From NCBI RefSeq assembly GCF_009914755.1, contig NC_060936.1: a stretch of DNA of 64,000 bases; one strand, given 5' to 3'. The DNA comes from the human T2T-CHM13v2.0 reference genome, Homo sapiens. This document shows, one piece after another, positions 13,073 to 25,450 of the stretch; within the stretch, counting starts at the first letter, position 1; every line of letters begins with the position of its first letter. A program made the translations under genes and the position numbers. Under the pieces are notes generated by a model. That model saw only the letters and a list, made by a program, of their open reading frames with translations. It was not told the origin of the DNA and did not search any database.

Positions 13073-13640
13073 CCCAGATCGCCAACTCCCAAGCCACAGA
13101 CTGGTACCAGTCCATGGCCTGGTAGGAACTGGGCCACACAGCAGGAGGTGAGTGACAGGTAAGATAGCAAAGCTTAAGCTGTATTTACAGCCCTTCTCAA
13201 TTGCTCACATTATTTCCCAAGCTCCGCCTTCTGTCAGATCAGTGGCAGCATTAGATTCCCATAGGAGCACAAAACCTATTGTGAACTGTGCATGCGAGGG
13301 GTCTAGGTTGCATGCCCTTTATGCACGTCTAATACCTGATGATCTGTCACCGTCTTTCATCACCTCCAGATGGGACCATTTAGTTGGAGGAAAACAAGCT
13401 TAGGGCACCCACTGATTCTATATGATGGGGAGTTGTGTAATTATTAGATGGTGTAATTATTAGATGGTAAGTAGTATTATACATTACAATGTAATACTAA
13501 TAGAAATAGATAAAGTGCAAAATTAATGTAATGCACTTGAATCATCCCAAATAATTCTCTCCCCAACACCCCCACCAGTCTGTGAAAAAATTGTCTTCCA
13601 TGAGACTGGTCCCTGGTGCCAAAAAGGTTAAGGACTGCTG
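13073..13640 (+). mobile_element. MER1A hAT-Charlie DNA transposon
   Basis: MER1A body; right terminus aaaaaggttaaggactgctg; 8-bp TSD gtctagat/ctctagat at 13065-13072 and 13641-13648. Confidence 0.9.
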
Positions 13641-13689
13641 CTCTAGATCATTTCTTTTACGTACCAAGTGTTCCAAGAATACTATAACA

Positions 13690-14392
13690 AAAAACATCAA
13701 AAGTTCAGTAGAAAATGGGCAAAGGGCATAAGCAAACTGGTCAGAGTAAAAAAAAATATATATGAAGGGTCCTTAGTTGCATGAAAAGATACTCATCTTG
13801 AAAGTCCAAAAGTTTGACCTGCCCTTTGTGTGCCAGTCTTCAGAGGAAAAGACATTTCCTTACAATGCTTGTCAGACTGTCAAACGATATTAAATACAAC
13901 CTCTGTGGAAGGCAATCTGACAATAACTCTCAAAATAAAACATGAATTCCATTTTTAGGAATTCATCCTACAGGTAGATCTACACATGTACATGATGTTT
14001 GTAATTATAAGTTTTTATACTTCAGAATCTTGTGTCCATCAATAAACAATTGGTTTTTACATAAGGCAATATTATGCAGTTTTTAAAAAGAACAAAGAGA
14101 TCTCCATGTACTTATGTGGAAATAATCAAGATATAGTATTAACTGAAAAAAGAGCAAGTCTCATAAGATTGCATACAAAAGTAGGTCACGTTTTGTGTAT
14201 GAAAAGAGGAACAAATTTTCAATGACATATGCTTATTGTTGCCTAGGAAACAGTGGATGGATAAATAATAAACTAATAAAATACATTATTTACAGGGAGA
14301 AGGAGAACTGTTGGATGGGGGCAAAAGTAAAGCTTATTATATAGTTTTTATTTTTGAACCATGTGAATGCATTATCCATTCAAAAGTAAAAT
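13690..14392 (+). mobile_element. Old L1 (L1ME/L1MC4-like) 3' fragment
   Basis: agaaaatgggcaaagg...atgaaaagatactca...tttttgaaccatgtgaatgcattatccattcaaaa. Confidence 0.65.
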
Positions 14393-14393
14393 A

Positions 14394-14690
14394 AGCCAGT
14401 TTGATGGCTCATGCTCGTAACTCCCAACATGTTGAGAGTTAGAGGCCAGGAGTTTGAGTTCAGCCTGGGAAACATAGAGAAACCTTGTCTCTACTAAAAA
14501 CAAACAAAAAATTAGCTGGGCATGGTGGTATGTGACTGTAGTCCTAGCTATTTGGGAGACAGGTAGGAAGATGCTTTAAGCCCAGGAGGTTGAGGCTGCA
14601 GCAAGTCATAATCACACCACTGCACTCCAGCCTGAGCAACAGAGCAAGACCCTGTCTCAAAAAATAAAAAATAAAATAAAAATAAAACAT
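14394..14690 (+). mobile_element. AluJ
   Basis: Diverged dimeric Alu with J-type gaggctgcag...gcaagaccctgtctc and an (AAAAT)n tail. Confidence 0.9.
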
Positions 14691-15022
14691 AAAACCCATA
14701 GCAACAAACTCCCAGCCCCTGGCTGTCAAAATGTCTGTAGGGTCAGACATTTCTCTGGGCCACTCAGAAACTTATTACTTTAGCTCTAAATTTTCTCTTG
14801 ATTTCTGACACCTCAGTTTCCTCCCTTTTTTTCTTGTGAATTCAGCTATGTATTTAAAACTTAAAAAAATTATCTAATATTATTATGAATTTTCAGTAGG
14901 AGAGGTGTTCCGGTTGGTTTTGTTTTTGAAATTGCTGGAGCCCCAGTATATTCATAGAATTAAGCAGCCAAAATGATTTCTCAAAGTTAAAGAGTGGAAA
15001 GATTTTAACTCAGCAAACTCAC

Positions 15023-15469
15023 TGTAATGGTTAATACTGAGTGTCAACTTGACTGGATTGAGGGATGCCAAGTATTGATCCTGGGTGTGTCTGTGATGGT
15101 ATTGCCAAAGGAGATTAACATTCGAGTCAGTGGGCTGGGAAAGGCAGACCTGCCCTTAATCTGGGTGGCCACAATCTAATCAGCTGCCAGCACAGCCAGA
15201 ATAAAAGCAGGTGGAAGAACAAGAAAAGACTAGGTTGACTTAGCCTCCCAGCCTACATCTTTTTCCTGTGCTGGATGCTTTCTGCCTTCAAACATCGGAC
15301 TCCAAGTTCTTCAGCTTTGGAACTCTGGCTGGCTACCTGGCTCTTCAGCTTGCAGATGGCCTATTGTGGGACTTTGTGATCATGTGAGTTAATACTCCTT
15401 AATAAACTCACATATATAAATATATATATTCTATTAGTTCTGTCTCTCTAGAGAAACCTGACTAATACA
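15023..15469 (+). mobile_element. HERV-L solo LTR (MLT2A)
   Basis: tgtaatggttaatactgagtgtcaacttga...ctgactaataca; perfect TSD CTCAC at 15018-15022 and 15470-15474. Confidence 0.95.
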
Positions 15470-15548
15470 CTCACATAAGAGACAAGCTTTATAAGGCTCA
15501 CTTATGTGGTGTGTACTTAAATGGCCCTTTGTGATCATCCCTTCTTGA

Positions 15549-15674
15549 AGGAGATATACCTAATGTAAATGACGAGTTAATGGGTGCAGCACACCAACAT
15601 GGCACATGTATACATACGTAACAAACCCGCACATTGTGCACATGTACCCCAGAACTTAAAGTATAATAAAAAAA
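15549..15674 (+). mobile_element. Very short L1PA4/5-like 3' end (about 125 bp)
   Basis: aggagatatacctaatgtaaatgacgagttaatgggtgcagcacacc...aacttaaagtataataaaaaaa. Confidence 0.92.
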
Positions 15675-16069
15675 TTTTTTTAAAGTCAATATTGGCTTGT
15701 ATATATCATGAAATTTCTAAGCTATGATGTTATGACTCTTTGCTCTTGTTAACAGAGAAGTAAGAGTCCTGATCTGTGTATTTAGTTTCATATATGAGTA
15801 TATTTAACACTACATCAGAGATCACCTGTTCTCTTTAGCATATTTTAGATTTAAAAATGTTTTAGTCTCTGAGTATTACTAAATAGTTTTGTCTTAAATT
15901 ATATAAAGTGATTGAGCCAGACTAATAAACTCTTTCATTCTTCTGAATGGGCAGAAACATTAGGCCTTATAAAAAATAAGCCTTTGTTTTTTTAGATATT
16001 AATAAATACATTGTGAGATAAACATCCATGAGGAGGATGGAGAGTACAGTTGTAAAAGTCTTTGAGCCC

Positions 16070-16450
16070 TGTATTAGTCTGTTCTCACATTGCTATAAAT
16101 AAATACCTGGGACTGGGTAATTTATAAAGAAAAGAGGTTTAGTTGGCTCATGGTTCGACAGGCTGTACAGGAAGCATGGTGAGGAGGCCTCAGGAAACTT
16201 ACAATCATGGTCAAAAGCAAAGGGGAAGCACGCATGTCTTACATGGACAGAGCAGGAGGAAGAGAGAGCATGGGGAAGTGCTACACACTTTTAAACAATC
16301 AGATTGCGTGAGAACTCGCTCACTATCACAAGAACAGCAAGGGGGAAATCTGCTCCCATGATCCAATCACCTCCCAGCAGGTCCTCCTCCAACATTGGAG
16401 ATTACAATCCGACATGAGATTGGGGGAGGACACAGATGCAAACCATATCA
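16070..16450 (-). mobile_element. MSTA-like MaLR solo LTR
   Basis: tgtattagtctg...aaaccatatca; TSD AGCCC at 16065-16069 and 16451-16455. Confidence 0.94.
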
Positions 16451-16583
16451 AGCCCCATCAGAAATTGAGATAGTTGTGGAAACAACACTGCTAATTCAGC
16501 TGCTACACTTACCCCTATACAATCCCTTATAATTCATTCCATGGAATAAACAACTTAAAATGAAGAATCTAAAACAATTAAGT

Positions 16584-17051
16584 TGTAGCAGTTGAATGGT
16601 GTCTCCCAGATATATATATATATATATGGCCTAAACTCCAATTCCTGTGAATGTGAACTTATTTAGTCACAGGGTTTTGTATCATGGGATTACATCAAGC
16701 TAAAACATGGTCATATTAGGTTAGTATGGGCCTTAATTTAATCTGACTGTTGTTCCAATAAGAAGAAAAGAGACACAGTGACAGACATGGGGGAGAAGGC
16801 CATGTGAAGACAGAGGCAGAGATTGTAATAATGCAACTGCAAGCCAAGGAATGCTAAGGATTACCAGTAATCACCAGAGGCTTGGAAGAGGCAAGAAAAG
16901 ACTCTCACCTAGAGCCTTCAGAGAGAGCATGGTCTTGCCAATACCTGAATTATGGACTCTCAATTTCCAGAACTGGGGGTGGGAATAAATTTCTGTTGTA
17001 AGCCATTTGGTGTGTGCTAATTTGTTATGGCAGCCCTAGGAAACTAAGGCA
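16584..17051 (+). mobile_element. MLT1B/C-like MaLR solo LTR
   Basis: tgtagcagttgaatggtgtc...ggcagccctaggaaactaaggca; TSD taagt/caagt. Confidence 0.85.
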
Positions 17052-17746
17052 CAAGTCAAGGTCTAAAAGTGTAATTGACACAATCTGCATTTTCAATCAT
17101 AGCCATCTCTTGAAGGATGTCTAAAACTTGAGAAGATCATTCATGAATTCAAAATTGGGAGAAGGTAGCATGGAAAATTGGTGCCACTATTTCTGTCTTG
17201 GATCACTTCAACCATAAAAAGACTTTTTTTCCCCTCTCTTTAAGGGTTTTGGTATTAGGAGTGCTTACTTTTGTCAACCTCTTTGGTCAGTAGGATGGAA
17301 AATATATACTAAACTTTTAATAAAAATAATATAAAATTAACAATGTCAAACAATAAAGATGTTTATGCATCAAAATCATCCTTTCCTCCTTTCACCTTTA
17401 AGATATTCTCCAGAGATAAGCACTATAAACCATATCTTTTATATCATTCTAGAAATGTTTTATGTATATACAAGCATTTTCATAGACATGTATGTTTAAA
17501 CATAACTGTGATTGTAGTTTACATGGGAATTTAGGCTCTGTTTTCTCTGTTTAATATATTTTGGTTGTCTTTTTATATTGACTCTTACAGAATCTACCTT
17601 ATTCTTTTAAAAATTGCTAATATTTTATTGCAAGGTTCCTGCAATTAATATGCCAAATCTCTATTATAGGCATTTAGATGGATTTCAACTTATCAATTAT
17701 ACTGCAATACATGTGCTTATATGTAATCTTTAAGAATTTGTATATA

Positions 17747-17785
17747 CAGCCATGTAGTGTGAGAAATTTAAAAAAAATAAAAACA
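17747..17785 (+). mobile_element. Tiny poly(A)-tailed insertion with TSD (orphan retroposed fragment)
   Basis: 23-nt body cagccatgtagtgtgagaaattt plus A-rich tail, between 15-bp repeats aagaatttgtat(a/g)ta at 17732-17746 and 17786-17800. Confidence 0.6.
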
Positions 17786-18931
17786 AAGAATTTGTATGTA
17801 TATATTTGAGGAAAAATTTTATGAAAACAGAAATGTCAGGGCATGTACACTTAAAAATTTGAAAGCTATTATCGAATAACTCTGAAGGGGAAATATTAAT
17901 ACATTTCCATGTCCCCTAATTCCTACAGCTAATTCAGTATACACAGAACTATTAAACAGCAAAATCACAACATTGATTTGGATAACTTTTACTCTCAAAG
18001 ATATATTCAATTTTTAATTAAATTAAATAACCATGGAGCAAAGTGTTTTAGGGATGAAGAAGAGAGAGTCTGTTTTAAAGATCTTGGCCTTAATGGTTTC
18101 TTTTCATCAACAGTCAGAAAGACCTGTGGACAACATTCTAAGGAAACATTAAGAAGTTGTTTTATTACAGGTATTTTCTAGGAAGCTACTCAAAAGAAAG
18201 TGAACCTTGTATTTGCAGGAATCTGTGTTGTAGCCAATAGAAAGGCATGGCTAAATCAAGAGAACCACCACTGGTGACATTAGTTCTTACACTTTTAATT
18301 TTTTGGACCCTTATGTTTAACTTAGAGACATAGAAACAGCTGTAATTTGTATATCACCTCTAGTAATAGTCCAGAATGCATTGTCACAGAGGCAACTAAT
18401 GTGAGAAGTAAAAGAGGAATAATGAATGGCTAATAAGTTTCACCAATTATCTTTATCAGGAGGGATTGACAGTTAACATCAGAATCACATTATTACGTGA
18501 TTCTAAGTTACCAGTATTTTGAAATTTATTTATGCCTAAGTTTTAGCTGTCTATTAGATGACATATCTTATTTATACGTAATTGCATGACCACCCTACAT
18601 ATAATAGACCATGAACACATATCAGTGTCTCTCTTATTTTTCTAAAATTAATTATGTTAATTATGGGTTGTACTTTTAAGTCAGAAAACTTTCTGCATCT
18701 TTTTTAAGCCTATAGAGAAAGGTCCCCTTTTTCCTATTGTGTAGGGGAAATACTCAAATAAGAAGATCCAGTGAGTACTGACTATCAGCATCCAAGCTGC
18801 TGCAAGAAGCTTGATTTTCTTATTTAAAAAATGCCTGAACAAGATGAATAGTAGCAAGACCTGTCCTGTTTTGTCCATCTCCTAACATTGTAAAAGAACA
18901 AGCATGTTTCTGCAAAATCTGTTTGCCTGTA

Positions 18932-18932
<1 letters not shown>

Positions 18933-18968
<36 letters not shown>
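18933..18968 (+). repeat. (TG)18 microsatellite
   Basis: Directly visible. Confidence 0.97.
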
Positions 18969-18969
<1 letters not shown>

Positions 18970-19929
18970 TGATAATAATGAGATTGTGGATGGAGAGAGT
19001 GATATAAGTTCCCTTGCTTTGCATCTTACTACCCAAAGTTTCTTTGCTTTTCCAATCCTGAGCACTTGTGGTGGGAAGACATGACTCTGACTGACTCAGC
19101 CAGCTGGGTTGAGTCTGTGTCTATTGATACTTGTCCTATGTTTATTTCCCTGTAGCTGAACCATATCCTTGTTCTCTCCTGTCTCATTTTCAGGCAGAAT
19201 TCCTGGAATGACTCAGCTCTGCAGCTCACTTAATTCCCATAAGTTATCTCTATTTGGCCCATAACTAGCCTGTATTTTCTTGAGTTTCTTTGGTGACTGT
19301 TTCTCATTGTTGCTTCCTATCCACCATTAGGGCTACAGTTTTAATCCATGTTTTGCCCATGTACTCCTGTTAATTCTACTCCAGCTTCCCTGAAAAATAG
19401 GACTTGAGCCCAATTCCTTGCAGGCTTCACGGCCAGCAGAGCACAGTGGTGTATCACCCTGCTGGAAGCTATAGTTGATGACTTTATGGCTTGTGTAATA
19501 AGGAGGTAGAATCCTTAGCATTTCTAGAGGGTAGGCATAGGCCCATAAACTTACATTCCTTCAAATTCCTTCCACTTAGAAACCTCTGTCTTCTCAAAAT
19601 GATTAATAATAGATTCCAGCTATCAAAACAACTATTTTCAAACAGTAGATTATTACACAACAAGCAGGAAGTTGTGACTCAAATGTTTTAATTTTATAAA
19701 CAGTTTATGATGTATTATGAGAGAGCAGAGATATTTTCAAAAGTATTTTATTGTAACTATTTGCTTTACCGAACTTTCGGCAAAAGGCAGAATAACAAAA
19801 ATCTTAAAATGCTGGCATCAGTGTAACCCATTTGTTGTTTGTGTCTGGTTAAGAATTTGTTTAAAGACAGCATACAAAATATAAACGTGTCAGTTGTTTT
19901 CACCCTGATACTAAACGTTTATCATGGTG

Positions 19930-20165
19930 TGCTGGAGCCAGGGACTCAGCAGCCACTGAGATTTGAGCTAGGCTGCAAATTTAGCTGGACACTGACCAAC
20001 AGTATAACATTGAACAGCTCACTTGACTTCTCTGAGGCTCATTTTATCTCATCTGTAATAATGATAGTTAGATATCCTCTCTTTTAAAGACTTAAATAGG
20101 GAATGATACATGAAGGCACTTAGCACAATGCTGATCAGACGAATTGTCTAAAATGCATTCATTAC
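19930..20165 (+). mobile_element. MIR SINE
   Basis: Core cacttgacttctctgaggctcattttatctcatctgtaa...aaggcacttagcacaatgc. Confidence 0.7.
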
Positions 20166-20709
20166 TTTTCCAACCTTTTTTCAAAAATAAAAAAACTATT
20201 AATTCAACTGGAAAACTATACAAAAGTGAGCCTATCAGATGCTGTGAAATTTCTGATGTATTTTTCTTCTTTGTTATTTCTGCAATATGATTCTTGACAG
20301 TAACATGTGATAAGAACACCAGAATGACATCAAAGAAATTTAGGAACTTCAAGACCACCAAGTATCAAAGATGCTTTTAAATAACATAATTTGAATAAAT
20401 TGAATGCATTTGAATAAGGTGTCTAACCAGAGATTGAACTAATCCTTAATACATTTAACAAGAAATTAAAAAAAGAATCAATCAAAAAATGATCTCATCT
20501 GGAATTTTTAGTTACATGGCATTTGTCTGATAGTCTCCAATGTCTTTTCCCTTACTTTCCACTAAAACATTTACGAAGGTAATGGGAGAAAATGTTACAA
20601 AGCAATATTAAACACTAAGGTCCATAGACTACCTAGAGTCAGATTTGGGGAGGAATCTTTGTCAAATATATGAAAGTTGAAGTGATTAGAAAAAAAAATT
20701 TACTTCAGT

Positions 20710-20983
20710 AAATACAACGGGGGTACAGGCATTGGCTAACTACCCCCATTCCAAAAGGGATAAATTGGCCAAAACCAAGGGGCTACAGGCCCTGTGCAAG
20801 TTTGAAACCCAGCAAGGCAGTCATTAAATCTTAAAGTCCCAAAATAATCTCCTTTGACTCCATGTGTCACATCCAGGCAACACTGATGCGAGGGGTGGGC
20901 TCTACCCATTATCCAGTTCCAAAGCTGCTTCCACATTTTCAGGTATCTTTACAGCAATGCCCCACTTTCTGGTACCAGTTTTC
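20710..20983 (-). mobile_element. MST-int (MaLR internal) remnant with internal deletion
   Basis: aatacaacgggggtacaggcattgg...ggggctacaggccc...cagtcattaaatcttaaag joined directly to ccagttccaaagctgcttccacattttcaggtatc...ctggtaccagttttc next to the LTR. Confidence 0.85.
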
Positions 20984-21361
20984 TGTATTAGTCCATTCTC
21001 TCATTGCTATAAAGAACAACCAGAGACTGGGTAGTTTATAAAGAAAAGGGGTTTAATTGACTCAATTCCACAGACTGTACAGGAAGCATGTCTGGGGAGG
21101 CCTCAGGAAACTTAGAATCATGGAGGAGGGTGAATGGGAAGTAGGCACGACTTACGTGGCTGGAGAAGGAGGAAGAGAGAGAAGAAATTGCTACACACTT
21201 TTAAACAACCAGATCTTGTGAGAACTCACTCACTATAACAAGAATAGTAAGGGAAAATCCACCCTCATGATCCAATCCCCTCCTACCAGGCCTCTCCTCC
21301 AACACTGGGGACTACAACTTAACATGGGATATGGGCAGGGGCACAAATCCAAATCATATCA
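20984..21361 (-). mobile_element. MSTA-like LTR (5' LTR of the truncated element)
   Basis: tgtattagtccattctc...aaatcatatca. Confidence 0.92.
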
Positions 21362-21699
21362 AGGATAAGTAGCAGTCCCAATGGTACATAGCTGAACAAG
21401 GAATATTCTCGCAAAAAACTGAGAATTTATCCAAGAGCTTTTTATATTAACTTTCTCTCCAGCTGTAGATTTGAGAAATAGATTTAATCATTATCCAAGA
21501 ATGTATGAATTGAACCAGAGGCAATCCACATAACCTGTCTGTTGACAAATACAAATCTGAAAAGATTTGGTTTGAAAAAACAGTATCCAAAACCATGGGG
21601 AAAGAGTATTTCAAACACAACCTAACATACAGTCTATCATATGGGTTAGAAAATGAGTGTACATCCTTAATAGAATGCAAGAAGTCTTGGCCTTTTTGA

Positions 21700-22700
21700 A
21701 ATAGTAGCAGAAAATTATAAAGGGAAAACATGACGCATTAAAAGGACATTACCAAGAGGTTAAAAAGAGATAAAAAGAGAGAAGACTAAGTAAGGATTTC
21801 TAAAAAATAAGAAAAATAGCATAGATAAAATCCACTGCAGAGTTAAAGAAGCAGTAAAAGATATTGTAGAAAATTAAATCAGTGTATAAACTTCCAAAGC
21901 TCTCACAGAACATATATAGAGAGAACAAAGATAAGAAAATTGTGATAGTGAAGATAAAAGACATGGTGTACAAAGAATATAGAGTCAGTATACAGAGAGT
22001 ACATTTAGCTGCAAAAAAATCTCAAAAATAAAAACCAGTTGTACCAGTCTGTTTTTGCACTGCTATAATGAACTACCTGAGACTGGTTAATTTATAAAGG
22101 AAAAAAGTTTAATTGATTCACAGTTCCACATGGCTGGCGAGGCCTCAGGAAAGTTACAATCATAGATGAAGGGGAAGCAAGTCACAACTTACATTGCAGC
22201 AGGAGAGAGAGAGCAAAACGGGGAAGCACTACACTTTTAAACCACCAGATCTCATGAGAATTCCATCACAAGACAACACTAGGAGGATGGTGCTAAACTG
22301 TTATAAACCAGCCCCATGATCCAATCCCCTCCCGCCAGGTCCCTCCCTTGACAAATGGGGATTACATTTTGAGATGAGTTTGGATGGGGACACAGAGCCA
22401 AACCATATCACCAGTAAAATCAGAATAAGCAATTAAAAGAAGCATAAATAAAAAACAATTTTCTGTGCTGAAAAAGGATCTGGGTATCTGTTCAAAGAGC
22501 TCACTACATTCTAGAAAAAAATCCATTAAAATATATACATTTAGATATATTATTTTTTGAGGTGCAGTCATAAGTTAAAAGTCCTCTTTTTATCCAGCAT
22601 AGAAACAATGACTAAAAGAACAAGCAACCAAAATCTTACCCTCAGAACAGGAATTAGAGTATACTCAGACTGCTTGTACAGCCCTAAGTACCAGAATAAC
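21700..22700 (+). mobile_element. Ancient L1/HAL1 ORF1-region relic, interrupted by a THE1 LTR
   Basis: A-rich degenerate ORF1-like sequence (aaaacaattttctgtgctgaaaaaggatctg...aaagagctcact). Confidence 0.4.
22040..22410 (-). mobile_element. THE1D-like MaLR solo LTR
   Basis: tgtaccagtctg...gagccaaaccatatca; TSD CCAGT at 22035-22039 and 22411-22415. Confidence 0.93.
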
Positions 22701-22719
22701 AAGAAACATCTAATAATAA

Positions 22720-22950
22720 AAATATTTATCATTTATTTGAATGCCTGCTGCATTTAACATACTTACATATTTTATCTCTTTATTTCAAACAACAACCCTA
22801 TGAGGTAGGTAATATATCCTCATTTGTAGAAACTGAGATTCAGACACAGAGCATGACCAAAATCTCATAGCCATAAAGTTATAGAAATAAAATCTAATGT
22901 AAGTTTACTTGATTCCAAAACACGTGCTTTTTAAATTGTGGTATGCAGCC
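22720..22950 (-). mobile_element. MIR SINE
   Basis: aacaaccctatgaggtaggt...cctcatttgtagaaactgagattcaga. Confidence 0.7.
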
Positions 22951-23018
22951 CCTATGATACTTGAGAGGAAATGTCTTTGATCTAGATTTTAGCACCCTGC
23001 TAAGTTGTTTTTAACAAG

Positions 23019-23384
23019 GGTATTAGTCTGTTCTCACGCTGCTAATAAAGATATACCTGAGACTGGGTAATTTGTAAAGAAAAGAGGTTTCGTTTACTCA
23101 GAGTTCCACATGGCTTGGGGGGTCTCATAATTATGGTGGAGGGCAAGGAGGGGCAAAGTCATGTCTTACATGGTGGCAAGCAAAAGGAGAGCATGTGCAG
23201 GGGAACTCCTCTTTATAGAACCATCAAATCTCATAAGACTTATTCACTATCATGAGAACAGCATGTGAAAGACTTGCCCCCATGATTCAATTACCTCCCA
23301 CTGTGTCCCTCCCATAACACATGGGAATTATGGGAGCTATAATTCAAGATGAAATTTGGGTGAGTACACAGCCAAACCATATCA
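23019..23384 (-). mobile_element. THE1B/C MaLR solo LTR
   Basis: gtattagtctgttctcacgctgctaataaaga...gggaattatgggagctataattcaagatg...cagccaaaccatatca; TSD acaag/acaac. Confidence 0.93.
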
Positions 23385-23649
23385 ACAACAAACAAGAGAA
23401 AAGCATGGTCAGATAAGCAAAGTCTCAGAAAATATGCTTTTTGAAAACAAATATGCTTTTTGAAGGCTGCTCATATGCTTTTTAAAACAATTAGTACCAG
23501 ACTGACTTTAGTTATGCAAGAAAATCATACAAATTAAGACATATAAAAGTCAATTCTATTGGAAAGGGATTGGGGCTGAGTTTTGGAACCTTTTACGAAG
23601 TTACAGAAAATAATTATAATGAATCAAATTAGGGTTATGGTGTCAGAGA

Positions 23650-25450
23650 TGAAAATGAGAAAATAGGTTTGCAAGAATTAATGAGGCATTGACCACGGGT
23701 GGGGAGTGATGAAATAGAGACACTCTTGGACAACTTTTAGATATACAGACTTTAGTGAGTAGATGAATCTTAGTGATGACTAGCATACAGTAGGAAGAAC
23801 AGAATTTCATTAAAAAATCATTAATCTTTGAATATGCAGAGCTTGTTTCTTTTGTCATATACCTACAGGCAAGCAATTAAACAGGACTAATATTCATGAG
23901 AAAGGTTTTGGGTGGAGCTGCAGACTTGGAAAGGGATATTAAAGACTGAGAAGTGAGTGAGATCACTTAAGGAGAGCATGACAGATGTGAATAAGACAGG
24001 CATTAGAGAATGTGGCATGCAGGAGTTAAGAAGTAGAAACATGCAATAACAAATAGTCAATGAAAGAAAGTTTTAAGAAGAAAGTAATTATAAACAATGC
24101 CAAGGGCTATGCAGAGAGGTCAGTAAAATGAAGATACAAAGCATGCCCAATGAATAGAGCACTGGAAGAAGCATTGGAAGATACACAGCATATCCATTGA
24201 ATTGACAGCTGTGGAAGAAGCACTTTGCATAAAATTGTGATACTGAGAGTCTGACTAATGAGTTGAGGTAGTAGGGAAGTGAAGATAGTGAATGAGAGAA
24301 GGAACAGTTGAAGGAACCGTTTGGTTTTGAAAGACTACAGATATCTGAGCATATTTACAGTCTGGATGGAAGGATCTCAAAGAGAAAGGGGATGGAGGAG
24401 GGAGAGAGATTGCATCATTGGTAGAGCTTGAAACAAAGCCCTGAATGAGGTATGAAAGAGCAGAGCTGGAAAAATTGTCTTAGGAAAGGAGAATGAATAC
24501 CTTGTACCTGAATGATGGCAAATATGAATGCTTTTGTAATGAGAAGTTGAGGCATTTTTCTCTGACACCTCTGTTTTCTCTGAGATGTTAGAGATAAGGT
24601 CATGTGTTAAAATTGCATGAAGTAGGGAATATGCAGAGGATTTGAGGAGAGTTTCTTTTTAAAATTAATATGCTATTTTATAAACAAAGTTATATGTGTA
24701 ATATGTATGTAAGTTATGATGTAGAATAAGAAGGTGAACACCAGGAATCCACCATCCAGCGTATGCTCTAGAAGACTATATGTTTATTCCCCATCTTATC
24801 ACCCAGCCTCTATTACAGGCAAAATAAAGGTTTGCGATGCCAGTGGAAAGGAATGGAAAAGAAAGATAACCGAGCACAATGGGATAATTGTCAAGCAACC
24901 CTGTGGGTCCACCTATGACTTGCTACAGTAAATTTGTAGTGGCACAGATATTCATATTCATGGTTGTCAGATTTTGTTAAGCTACATTGATAATTCTAGT
25001 AAGAAGCCAGCTTGCAGGATTGCAGGAGAATAAGGAGGCTAGGAAGCTGATGGTATATTGAGAGAATACTTCAAATAATTTTCCATGGATTTGCATTCAA
25101 TAAAAAAAGAAAGTTTGGTGAGAAATTGGTCAAGAAACTCTAGGATAGTGGAGATTTAATAGACTATTTCAGTTCAATAATAAAATGAAAGGGTAGGTTT
25201 AGTGAAAAGGAGGAGGTAAGACAGGAGAATGGTAGGAGTGTTTGGTTGAGGACAGGATATTGAAGACTAACAGTTTATAGGTAGAATAGTCCTGAATGCT
25301 GACCAACATCTCAGGTGTGGTCATTTATTTGTGTTCCTGATATAACATGCAGGTACAGTTTATTCATTTTAAAGGCAAATAATTGTGAAATTACAATGTT
25401 GGATGCATTTTTCATATGCATGCTGAAATCATCCAGTATGATTCCAAAAT
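23650..25450 (-). mobile_element. L2 relic(s)
   Basis: Purine-rich degenerate L2 antisense motifs (gagtgagatcacttaaggagag; atgccaagggctatgcagagaggtcagtaaaatgaagatac). Confidence 0.5.

Noticed and set aside
19763-19788. Short hairpin tttaccga-actt-tcggcaaa
   Set aside because: Stem too short to be significant; terminator logic does not apply to primate DNA
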